Source of the DNA: a virus
Taxonomy: Duplodnaviria > Caudoviricetes
Reading direction: 5' to 3' (one strand)
Virus record (IMG/VR): IMGVR_UViG_3300028790_000007
Span: 1-55,735 of that record
Length of the DNA: 55,735 nucleotides
Below, piece after piece: positions 27,721-36,468 of this stretch (within the stretch, counting starts at the first letter, position 1; each line of letters begins with the position of its first letter). The position numbers and the translations under genes were made by a program. The notes under the pieces were generated by a model that saw only the letters and a list, made by a program, of their open reading frames with translations, did not search any database and had not been told where the DNA came from.

Positions 27721-28000
27721 GGTTTCTGTCCTCGGGTGACCTCGGTGAGGTGGGCGGCGGCGTCCTTGACGCGCTGGCTGCCTTTGGGGGTGGGGGCGGT
27801 GAGGGCGTCGGCGAGGGCGAGGACGGTGGTGACGAGGGCGCCGGTGGTGTCGTCCGGCGGCGGGGTGTCCGGCGGGGCGGGGGCGGGCTGGGTGCGGTCC
27901 ACCTCCACGAGCACGATGGGGTCGCCTTGCGGGTCGGGGCTGGTGACGATCACGTCACCGGGGAGGAGCTGCCCTCGGGGCGCCCATACGCGGCGGGTGG

Positions 28001-28465
28001 TCATCGGGGGCGGGCCTCTCCGAGGTAGGTGGAGGGGTGGCTGGCGCGGGAGTGGCAGCGGCGGCAGTTGATGGCGGTGCAGGGGGCGGCGCTAGTGGTG
28101 GAGTCGGCGGTGAGGACGAGGCGGACACCGCAGGCCGTGTCCGCCATGCCGGTGCCGCGGACGGGCCGGGCCAGGTGCCAGTCGTTCTCGGCGGTGAGCT
28201 GGGCGGCTAGCGGCCAGTCGGGGTGCTGGGCGAGGGTGGGGTAGAAGTAGCCGTCAAGGACGACGTACCCGGCTGTCGTCTCCTCCACGGTGGGAACGGC
28301 GTACAGGGGGGCGGGCCCGTCGCTGGTGAGGTCGTCGGTCAGGTGCAGGTCGGCGGCGGGGCCTCGCGGGTGCGCTGCCTGGGCGCGTTCCAGGATGGGG
28401 GCGGGCGGGTCGAGCTGGTCGGCGGCCCAGCGGAGGACGGCGGCGGTGGCGTGGGGGATGCTCAT
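28001..28465 (-). CDS. Hypothetical protein with C-terminal H..C..CxxC motif
   Basis: WHL...TACG...NCRRC. Confidence 0.5.
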   Translation of the reverse strand: MSIPHATAAVLRWAADQLDPPAPILERAQAAHPRGPAADLHLTDDLTSDGPAPLYAVPTVEETTAGYVVLDGYFYPTLAQHPDWPLAAQLTAENDWHLARPVRGTGMADTACGVRLVLTADSTTSAAPCTAINCRRCHSRASHPSTYLGEARPR

Positions 28466-28906
28466 GCGGGCCACCCGGCCAGCCACGCCTCCGGGTCGGC
28501 GCGTTTGTCGCGGGGCGGCATGATGATGGGTTTGCCGCCGAGGCGGTAGCCGACCACGTCGCCGGTGGTGACGCGGGGGTTGCCCTGGGAGATGCCTCCC
28601 GCCTCGCCCACGTCGGCGTCACCTTCGTGGCGGCCGTTGGGGTTGCGGTCGAGGTCGGACCACAGGGACTGCCAGGCGCGGAGCCGGGTGATTTCCTGCT
28701 GCCGCTCCTCGGCCAGCTCGCGCCAGGTGAGGCGGCGCCAGGTGTGTTCGCCGTTGACGGTCTCCCCCACGCTGCTGTCGGAGTAGACGGCCGGGTCGTA
28801 GTCAGTGTCGGTCACGCTGTCTCCGTTCCATGCGGTAGCCCCCTATCAGGCAGGCGATCCCTGCCAGTCCGGCGGCGGCGGCGAGGGCGAGGGTCACCCC
28901 GGGACC

Positions 28907-29524
28907 CTACAGGGGGGTGAGGTTGGTGTGCAGGGTGCCGCGGGCGGTGCCGATGATGGCGTCGTGGTAGTCGTGGTCGGACACCAGGCGGGCGGCATCC
29001 ACGAGCAGCACCTCCACACCCCAGGCGGAGGCGTGGAGGGCGAGGTTGGCGGCGGCGGTGCGGCGGTTCTTGATCCACGTCTGGTTTTCGGGGCGGTCGA
29101 GGACGCGGGTGCGGGCGGACCGGCGGTGCGCGGCCAGGTTGGGGCCTTGGAGGTGGAGGAGCTGCACCCGCCATCCGGCCTGCACGGCGTCGGTGAGGAA
29201 GCGGCGGTGGGCGAGGTGGGAGCCCTCGGCGAGGATCAGCGACGACTCGCGGGCGGCCTGCCCGGAGTGCAGCCACGTTTCGGCTTCGGTGATGCAGGAC
29301 GCTTCGAGGGCGTCGGTGCCGGAGGCGGATTCGCGGAGGCGGCCGAGTTCGACGGCGCAGCACACGTTGGGGGTGCCGCGGTCGAACAGCAGGTCCCGGT
29401 GGGGGGCTTTGCCGGGTTCTTTCGGCAGGTAGATGCGCTCCCAGTCGGCGGTGATCTCCCGCATGAGGGTGGATTTGCCGACACCGGGTTCACCGGACAG
29501 GTAGACGAGGCGGAGGTCACTCAT
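28907..29524 (-). CDS. P-loop nucleotide kinase of the type linked to phage base modification
   Basis: GEPGVGKST, SGTDAL, I.AEG..L motifs. Confidence 0.7.
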   Translation of the reverse strand: MSDLRLVYLSGEPGVGKSTLMREITADWERIYLPKEPGKAPHRDLLFDRGTPNVCCAVELGRLRESASGTDALEASCITEAETWLHSGQAARESSLILAEGSHLAHRRFLTDAVQAGWRVQLLHLQGPNLAAHRRSARTRVLDRPENQTWIKNRRTAAANLALHASAWGVEVLLVDAARLVSDHDYHDAIIGTARGTLHTNLTPL

Positions 29525-29720
29525 GGGGGGTGGGTTCCTGGTCGTGTCCGGGGGAGGGGCAGAGGACGGCGGGGAAGCCGTGCGGGTCCATCCTCCATCC
29601 GGCGGCGACGGCGCGTGCGGTGGCGTCGTCGGTGTCGGTGGCCTGGGGGAGGGTGAACGCTGCCCGGCAGGGCTGTCCGAGGCGGGTGCCGTCGCAGGTG
29701 ACGACGGCGTACACGGTCAT
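29517..29720 (-). CDS. Small Zn-binding protein (CDG..C..GWR..CP)
   Basis: Apparent paralog of 25844-26050. Confidence 0.55.
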   Translation of the reverse strand: MTVYAVVTCDGTRLGQPCRAAFTLPQATDTDDATARAVAAGWRMDPHGFPAVLCPSPGHDQEPTPHE

Positions 29721-30332
29721 CGTGTCCGCTTCCGCAGGAGGAGGGTCAGGCCGAGGTGGGTGCGGCTGCCGCCCATCGGCCAGTAGTCGGGGAGGCGGAT
29801 GCCGACGCCGAGGGCGTGCCCGGTGCGGATCAGCCACAGGCGGGGCATGGTGTCGGTGATGGTGACGGTGGCGGCCAGGAAGTGGGGTCGTCTCATTCGA
29901 TGACCTCGGACAGCCGCAGCGGGGTCTCCCCGTCGGCCATGGCTTTGGCCTGGTTCTCGGCGTACACCCAGGGCTGGTGGCGGGGCAGCATGTGGGCGCA
30001 CTGCGCGAGGTGGAGGGCGACGAGCCGTCTCAGCTCCCCGTAGGTGAGCGTGATGCCGTCCTCGGGCCAGATCCCCCCGTCGGGTCGGTGGCGGCGCTCC
30101 TGCGGCTGCTCGTGAGGCTCGCGGGGCCCTTCCGCGAGGGTGGGGGGCTGCCAGCCGGGGCGGGTGTCGGGGACCTCGGTGAGGACGGGGAGGGCGTCGA
30201 GGTCGGTGGGGCGGAGGACGAACCCGGCGACTCCCTGCCCGGCGAGGGCCTCGGAGGGTAGTGGGGTGGGGTCGGGGGTTGTCATCGGGTGTCCTCCTCG
30301 CCGTAGGCTGTCGGGGGGTTTAGTGTGTGGGT

Positions 30333-30635
30333 ATGTCGTCGCCGATGTCCACGCCACTCCCCCGTCGCCGTCACTCCGAGGGTGCCAGGGTCACCGACCG
30401 CACGCGCCGCGGGTCGTCCCCGGCGTCCGCCCGCACCGGCCGGTCGCAGTTCGCCCCCTACTTCAAGCTGGCCACGTTCGTACCCCGGACGTGCGCGTGG
30501 CAGGAGACGAAGGGCACCTACTGGACGGTCGAGGAGGCGAAGGGGGCGGCGCGGCGCGGCGTCGAGACACGGCTGGTGCGGGTCGCCCCCGGCCTGCCGG
30601 GCGGCCGCGAGGTGCTGGAGACGTTCACGGTCTGA
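30333..30635 (+). CDS. Hypothetical protein, lone plus-strand gene
   Basis: TAGTGT-N6-ATG leaderless-type start; converges on the modification operon. Confidence 0.45.
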   Translation: MSSPMSTPLPRRRHSEGARVTDRTRRGSSPASARTGRSQFAPYFKLATFVPRTCAWQETKGTYWTVEEAKGAARRGVETRLVRVAPGLPGGREVLETFTV

Positions 30636-30637
30636 CC

Positions 30638-31234
30638 TCACAGCGTGGCGCGGCGGACGGTCCGGTAGGCCTCCGCCCTGGCGTGCCCGATCCGATGCGC
30701 CCAGCGTTCGGAGCGGGCACGCAGCGCGCCCGGCTCCACGTAGGGATGCCCGGCCTGGGAGGTGTGCTCGGCGACGGCGTCGAGCTGCCGGGTCAGGGAC
30801 TCCTCCGCCAGCGGCACGATCGTGTCCGGCGCCCACTCGGGCGGGGTGGAGGGGGTTTCGTACTCCACGACGGTGAGGGCGCTGCGGCGGGTCGCGGAGC
30901 GGATGGCGTGGGCGACGGCCCGATGGTCCTGGTGCTCATCGAGGAGCGGGGGCCCGGCGACGATCCGGGCGCGGGTCTGCTCGATGCCCCATTCGATGGC
31001 GGCGATCAGCAGCGGCATGTCCTCTCCCAGCCGCCCATCCTCCAGGTGGCGTTGGATCAGGTCGCAGCCCGCGGCCTTCGCCCCCAGGACGGCCTCCGCG
31101 GCGCGCCCGGTTGTCGCCGCGGACAGGCAGAGGACGGTCGAGGAGGAGCCGAGGAGGTAGGCGCAGCCCAGTTCGGCGTCGTCCGGGTGGGGGGAGACGA
31201 GGAGCGCGCCGTACTCGTTGTCGGGGTATCTCAC
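30638..31234 (-). CDS. PIG-L/LmbE-family N-acetyl-sugar deacetylase
   Basis: LLVSPHPDDAELGC and HQDH metal-binding motifs; H.SQ. Confidence 0.88.
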   Translation of the reverse strand: MRYPDNEYGALLVSPHPDDAELGCAYLLGSSSTVLCLSAATTGRAAEAVLGAKAAGCDLIQRHLEDGRLGEDMPLLIAAIEWGIEQTRARIVAGPPLLDEHQDHRAVAHAIRSATRRSALTVVEYETPSTPPEWAPDTIVPLAEESLTRQLDAVAEHTSQAGHPYVEPGALRARSERWAHRIGHARAEAYRTVRRATL

Positions 31235-32007
31235 CGGGCGGCGGCCTTGGGGCGGCGGTCCCGTAGCCGGACCTCGGTGAACGGGCGGGACTTCTTGGCG
31301 GTGTTGACGGAGGCGAGGTCTGGGTAGCGGCGGGCCAGTTCCCGCGCCGACCAGTCGATGCGCTCGGGGGTGCGGGTCGCCTGGAGACCGCCGGGCTCGG
31401 TGTAGTAGTTCGCCCGGAACGTGTAGTAGTCGATGCGGACGACGGCGCCGTCATGCAGGTAGTGCCGGATGGACCGCTCGTAGTCTTCCTTGTCGTCCAG
31501 GGTGACCTGCTGGTAGTCGCCCCCGTCGAGGATCGTCCCGAAGATGCCCGCCTCGATGTAGCGGAGGTCGGTGCGGACTCCGGGCCGCATGAAGTACGGG
31601 TTGGGCACCGGGTAGATGCCCCACAGGGTGGCGCCCGCGGCGCGGCAGTGCCCGAAGCCCTCCTCGAACAGCTCGGGGAGGGAGGCGACCGGCACGGTGG
31701 TCTTCGGGTCGATCCACTGCATCACGTCCGTCAGGTCGTCATCGACCTCCATGACGGGCCCCCGCCAGTTGTCGGCGATGAAGTTGCGGGTCCGCATGAT
31801 GGAGCCGGGGGCGCCGGACACGGCAACAGCAGGTAGGGGCAGGTCGGCGGTGCGGATGGCGTCGGTGTAGCTCGCCTCCTCCTCGGCGGTGCCGACGACG
31901 AGGACCACGTCAGCGGGCCGGACACCGCGGGCGTACAGCAGGGGGAGGGTTTTCCGGGTCAGGCACCGCTCCCGGCGGTAGGACGGGACGATGACGGGGA
32001 TGCTCAC
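31231..32007 (-). CDS. TET/JBP-associated GT-A glycosyltransferase (TAGT/GREB1-like)
   Basis: VPSYRR, DDD (DxD), LWGIYP, KEDYE, PGG motifs. Confidence 0.8.
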   Translation of the reverse strand: MSIPVIVPSYRRERCLTRKTLPLLYARGVRPADVVLVVGTAEEEASYTDAIRTADLPLPAVAVSGAPGSIMRTRNFIADNWRGPVMEVDDDLTDVMQWIDPKTTVPVASLPELFEEGFGHCRAAGATLWGIYPVPNPYFMRPGVRTDLRYIEAGIFGTILDGGDYQQVTLDDKEDYERSIRHYLHDGAVVRIDYYTFRANYYTEPGGLQATRTPERIDWSARELARRYPDLASVNTAKKSRPFTEVRLRDRRPKAAAR

Positions 32008-32951
32008 GGCGCCATCAGCGCCGGGTCGTCGGGTCCGGCGGCCACGTCCGCCTCGGAGGGGAGGAGCAGCGGCGGGGCGGGGGTGATCGTGTGCGCCCTG
32101 GGATCGGCGGCGAAGCCCTGCCCGGCGGCCATAGTGCGTTCCCGTTCGGTGCGGCGAACCTGGGCGGTACGGGTCTCCTCCGCGAAGGTGTGGCAGTCCT
32201 TCATGCCGCGCAGCGCGTAGTAGACGACGGAGAAGCGGTAGCCGTCCGACCGCGTGAGGCGCATGGGGGTGACGCCGTGGACGAGGGCGTGGCCGCAGAA
32301 GAACACGGCCCACCCGTCCCGGCAGGCCACGGTCAGGTCGTACTCGGGCAGGTGCAGGTGGCCGCCGTCGCAGGCGCGGCGGATGACGGGCATCGCCGAC
32401 CAGGTGGGGAAGTTGAAGCCGTCGCGGTGGTACGGCAGTTGGCTGTTCTGGTTGACGACACCGGAGGTCCAGGTGGTCCCGGCCATCTTCCACTCGGGCA
32501 GGACCTCCCGCATGGTCTCCTCGTCGCGGTCGGCAATCGTGGGGTCGATGCCGCGGAGCATGTCAAGGAGGCGGACGGCGTAGGCGTCAAGGGTGGCCTG
32601 CTCGGCGGGCTGCTCTTTCGCGAAGCTGGTCGAGTTGCAGGCTTCCCGGCGCTGCACGGGGCGGCGCGGGGACCAGCCGAACACGCGGGAGGCGTTGCGG
32701 CGGCCGGAGGCGGCCCGGTACGTCTCCCGGATGTCGACGGCGCGGACGGCCCGGCGGAGGTCCGCCACATCCCCCAGCGGCAGATACGCCAGGACCGGGT
32801 CGCTGGTCTCGGCGTCGGTGAACACGGTCGGGGCGGTGACGTTGGGGACACGCTCACCCACGTCGGTGCCGACCAGCTCCGTGGCGTCCTGGGCGGGCAG
32901 GACACGTTTGACCTCAGTGCGTTCGAGGGCGGCGGTGTCAGCTCTGTTCAT
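32004..32951 (-). CDS. TET/JBP-family 2OG-Fe(II) 5-methylpyrimidine dioxygenase
   Basis: WTSGVVN..LPYHRD..N (HxD), GG.L.LPEY, HGVTP, R.SVVYY. Confidence 0.88.
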   Translation of the reverse strand: MNRADTAALERTEVKRVLPAQDATELVGTDVGERVPNVTAPTVFTDAETSDPVLAYLPLGDVADLRRAVRAVDIRETYRAASGRRNASRVFGWSPRRPVQRREACNSTSFAKEQPAEQATLDAYAVRLLDMLRGIDPTIADRDEETMREVLPEWKMAGTTWTSGVVNQNSQLPYHRDGFNFPTWSAMPVIRRACDGGHLHLPEYDLTVACRDGWAVFFCGHALVHGVTPMRLTRSDGYRFSVVYYALRGMKDCHTFAEETRTAQVRRTERERTMAAGQGFAADPRAHTITPAPPLLLPSEADVAAGPDDPALMAP

Positions 32952-33732
32952 GGGGCTCCTCGGCGGCCTTCTCGGCGACGGCCTCCGCGGCGGCGACGGC
33001 CTCCTCACTGATGGTCGCATCCGGGGCGGGTGGCTCCTCCCCGGTGCGGTCGGAGACGAGGGTCAGCAGCAGCGCCGAGTTGGATTCGACGCCGAGGTCG
33101 GCGGACAGCTTCGCCATGGACTCCACCACCCAGGCGTACTGGGCGAGGGGGAAGATGAGGGCGAGGAAGCGGGTGGCGCGGGACGCGTACCCGGCCTGGT
33201 ACTCGGCGTAGGAGGGGGTCTGCCGGACGTTGGTGCCGTCGGCGGAGCCGCCCTCCCCGTAGGAGGAGCCGGGGGCGCCGACATGGGCGGCGAGGCCCAG
33301 CGGCTCGTCGGGCGGGAAGTCGGCGTCGGCCTCCTCCAGGGACGCCAGCAGGTCGTCGTAGTCGTCCAGGTCGTAGCCGGTGCCCTCCAGGTCCTCCCCC
33401 AGCTCGCGGAGGAGGGTCACCAGGGCCCGGTCGTCGTAGGTGCCGAGGTCGCTGGTGCGGTTGTCGGCGATGACGATGCGGCGGGCGGCGGCGTCGTCCA
33501 CGTCCAGCCACTTGACCTCCGCCTCTACCCAGCCTTCCTGCTGCATGGCGGCGAGGGTGTTGTTCCCGGCGAGGACGTGGCCGGTGCGGTACTGGACGAT
33601 CAGCGGCCGGTACTGGCCGTTGCGGCGGAGGCTGTCCCGGATGGCGTCGAGGTCCCCGCGGCGGGCGTTGCCGGGGTAGGTGGTGAGGGAGTCGAGCGGC
33701 ACCATCTCAGTGCCGGTGGAGGGTGCGGTCAC
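32938..33732 (-). CDS. ParB-like N-terminal domain protein
   Basis: L..YP.NAR....I..SL...GQ.RPLIV....VLAGN...A...ADNR. Confidence 0.85.
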   Translation of the reverse strand: MTAPSTGTEMVPLDSLTTYPGNARRGDLDAIRDSLRRNGQYRPLIVQYRTGHVLAGNNTLAAMQQEGWVEAEVKWLDVDDAAARRIVIADNRTSDLGTYDDRALVTLLRELGEDLEGTGYDLDDYDDLLASLEEADADFPPDEPLGLAAHVGAPGSSYGEGGSADGTNVRQTPSYAEYQAGYASRATRFLALIFPLAQYAWVVESMAKLSADLGVESNSALLLTLVSDRTGEEPPAPDATISEEAVAAAEAVAEKAAEEPHEQS

Positions 33733-34070
33733 AGTTCGATCCGCCGGAGGATGGAGCGGATGGCGCGGTTCAGGTTGAGGATGCGGTCGCCGTCCTCCAT
33801 GAGCCGGTTCGCCAGCGGCGACAGGTCCTCGCTCTGGCGGACCTCGCCGAGGGCGGGCTCCGGGCGCTCCGGGCCGAGGATTGGCTCCAGGCGGCGGTAA
33901 AGCTCCCCGATGGCCTCGTCCAGGGTGCTGATGGCCTCCGCGGTGCGGTCCAGCTCCCGCTCCACGGGGGCGCGGTCGCGGTCGCGCAGCTTGGCGGCCT
34001 TCATCTCCCGCTCGTCCGGGTCACGCATGGGGGCCTCCGAGGTGCTGGCCTCGCTGTCTCCGTAGTTCAT
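33729..34070 (-). CDS. Coiled-coil hypothetical protein
   Basis: Overlaps both neighbours; heptad pattern. Confidence 0.55.
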   Translation of the reverse strand: MNYGDSEASTSEAPMRDPDEREMKAAKLRDRDRAPVERELDRTAEAISTLDEAIGELYRRLEPILGPERPEPALGEVRQSEDLSPLANRLMEDGDRILNLNRAIRSILRRIEL

Positions 34071-34342
34071 AGCTCTCCCAGCCCCTCGGCGCGACGCGCC
34101 TCTCGATGGATCTTGTAGATGGTCTGCTCGGTGGTGGGGACGGCGGCGGCGATGACGGAGAACAGCACGGGCGGCTCCCTCCGCCGGAGCCGCAGCACGG
34201 TGCGCATGCGGGTCTTGGACAGGGACTCCACTGCGTCCTGGTGTTCCCAGATGGCGGTGGAGGTGTCGCGCAGGGTGGCCAGGTCGGCGTCGGCCTCCGG
34301 GTCACCCGTGGAGGGGATCGGCGTTGGGATGGTCACGGTCAC
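34067..34342 (-). CDS. HTH DNA-binding protein
   Basis: FSVIAAAVPTTEQTIYKI HTH-like segment; TAGGTT-N7-GTG start. Confidence 0.55.
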   Translation of the reverse strand: MTVTIPTPIPSTGDPEADADLATLRDTSTAIWEHQDAVESLSKTRMRTVLRLRRREPPVLFSVIAAAVPTTEQTIYKIHREARRAEGLGEL

Positions 34343-34452
34343 GGGCTCCAACCTAGCGGGGGGGACAGTCGGGTGGGGAGTAGTTGCGGGGACGGGACCG
34401 CCCCCCGCCCCAGGATCAGGGGGACGGGGGGCGGCGTGTGCGGGGTTGCGGG

Positions 34453-35644
34453 TCAGGAGAGGAGGTCCGCGAGAAGGTCCGGGCCTCGGGTGAGGGAGTC
34501 CACCTCCCCGGCCAGGGCCTCCCAGTAGATGGGCTCCCGCCGGTAGTCGGCGGAGCGCACCACCACCACCCCGGCGTCCCCGGTGATGACCACCGCCTCC
34601 CCGTAGGGGACGGGCTGCCCGTTGTTGCGCAGCTCGGAGCGGTCTACCGCATCAGCGAAGGAGGTGGCGGCGGCCTCCAGCAGTTGCGCCTCCTGCTGCC
34701 TCTCGCGGCGGACGTTGGCGGGGCGCTCCGGGGCGGAGGTGGCGAGGGCCATGACGCGGCGCTGCACGAGGGCGTCGAATCCGGCCCGGTCGAGGGCAGG
34801 GGTGGTCATTCGTACACCTCCACGGAGGTGACGGTGAGGTGCTCGCGGATGCGCATGCCGGGGAACCGCCAGATGGCCTGCTGCGCCTCGCGGGGCCCGT
34901 AGTGGAACGCCCAGGCGGTGCCGTACAGGTCGAGGGCGATCCTGCGGACCAGCTCCCGTTTCGTCTCGTCGGACAGCGGCGTGCCGTCGTCGGTGCGGTC
35001 GGGCAGGACCACCTCCGTGAAGGTGCTCTGCGCGGGCTTGCCGAAGCCGAAGGTGATGAACCAGGAGCGGGACTCGCTGCGGCCGCCGGGGCGGGCGTGG
35101 CGGTCCGGCTCGGCCAGCGTGGCGGCGTAGCTGAGCGTGGGGGCAGTCACTGCCCACCGTCCATGCGGGCGTTGTGGGCGCTCCCGGCGGCGTGCGCGAG
35201 GACGCGGGCGTCGGCGGTGTGCAGGTCGGCGAGGGAGGCGTAGGTGGCGGTGGTGCGCACGTCACCCTTCTCGGCGGCATCGGTGGCGGTGCGCAGGTGG
35301 GACAGGGCGTTGGCGAGGTGCGCGTCGGCGGTGGCGGCGAGGTCCTTCCGCTGCTCCTGCCGTCCCTGCATGCGGCCCCGCAGGTAGGCCTCGGTGACGG
35401 CGACCTCCAGCGCGGCGTCGTGGCTGTCGGCCCCGTCGTAGCGGTCGGAGAAGCGGTCCTTGGTGTCCTGCACCACCTGCTCGCCGTGGCTGTCTAGGCG
35501 GGGCCAGGGGGTGAGGGTGTCGGGGTTGATGGCGCCGAGGCGGGCGCATTCGGGGCAGCCCGCGATGGCGGTGTAGTTGCCGAGGTGGGTGTGCTCCTCG
35601 GTGGGGGCGGTGGGCATGGTGTCCTCCGTTGGCGTGGCGGTCAT
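34453..35644 (-). other. Three coupled hypothetical genes (34453-34809, 34806-35150, 35147-35644)
   Basis: ATGA/GTGA overlaps; preceded by TAGTCT-N6-ATG and followed by a hairpin at about 34398-34434. Confidence 0.55.
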
Positions 35645-35677
35645 ACCGGGAGACTAACAGGGGGGATAGACGCGCGG

Positions 35678-36466
35678 CTATCCCTGGGGTCGGACGCGCC
35701 GGTCGGGGGCGTCCGCGGGCCAGGAGACGATGCGGCCCAGCCCATTGAGGCGGGAGGCGACACGGCCACCCAGCCGGTCGCGGAGGGTTGTGCCGGGCGC
35801 ATTGAGGGTGATGATCGTCGGCAGGCAGGCGTTCCACCGGGCGTTGATGAGCCGGTATACGACCTCCTCCGTCCACTCGGAGACACGCTCCGCTGACAGG
35901 TCGTCCAGCAGCAGCAGCTCCGCCCGCTCCACCTCCTCCAGCGGCACCCGGGGGGTGCGGCCGGGGCGGAGGCTGTCCAGGAACGCGGGCACGTCCACGG
36001 CGACGGCCCGGCAGCCGGTCTGCTGCGCCACCGTGCGCCAGGCGCCGTACGCCTGCCAGGTCTTGCCGCAGCCGACGGGCCCGTTGAGGACGAGTCCTTG
36101 CGCGGCGAGGACACCGCCGCGGAGGGTGCGGGTCACCCAGTCGGCGACGGCCGGATGGTCGGCGGTGGCGTCCCGGTAGCGGGGCGGCACCTGCGCGGCG
36201 GACAGCTCGCGGTTGCGGGCCTGCCGGATCTCGCGGCGCTGCTCCGCCAGGATGCGCTCGCGGCGTTCGCGAGCCTTCCGCTGCTCCTCGCGGTGGGGGC
36301 GGGAGCGCTCCGCGATGCGGTCCACCGCGGCCTTCCAGTCGATGGCCTCCGGCGTGGGTTCCGGCCGCGGGGCGGGGCGGGGGGCGTCCGGGCGGGGAGG
36401 GGAGGCCGCAGCGGCGGCTTCTATCTCCTCCAGGCTGGGGCGGACGGTTCCATTGGCGTGGGTCAC
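35678..36466 (-). CDS. DnaC/IstB-like AAA+ helicase loader
   Basis: GPVGCGKT, LLLLDDL..E..SEW, LINAR.....TIIT.N, LG.RV.SRL. Confidence 0.88.
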   Translation of the reverse strand: MTHANGTVRPSLEEIEAAAAASPPRPDAPRPAPRPEPTPEAIDWKAAVDRIAERSRPHREEQRKARERRERILAEQRREIRQARNRELSAAQVPPRYRDATADHPAVADWVTRTLRGGVLAAQGLVLNGPVGCGKTWQAYGAWRTVAQQTGCRAVAVDVPAFLDSLRPGRTPRVPLEEVERAELLLLDDLSAERVSEWTEEVVYRLINARWNACLPTIITLNAPGTTLRDRLGGRVASRLNGLGRIVSWPADAPDRRVRPQG

Positions 36467-36468
36467 GG

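Noticed and set aside
32938-33732. ParB as a plasmid partition system
   Set aside because: No ParA and no HTH/dimerisation region recognised; it is coupled to the TET gene, the usual context for modification-associated ParB domains.
35678-36466. IstB of an IS21 element
   Set aside because: No IstA transposase or terminal inverted repeats; it follows a replication initiator, so a helicase-loader role fits.
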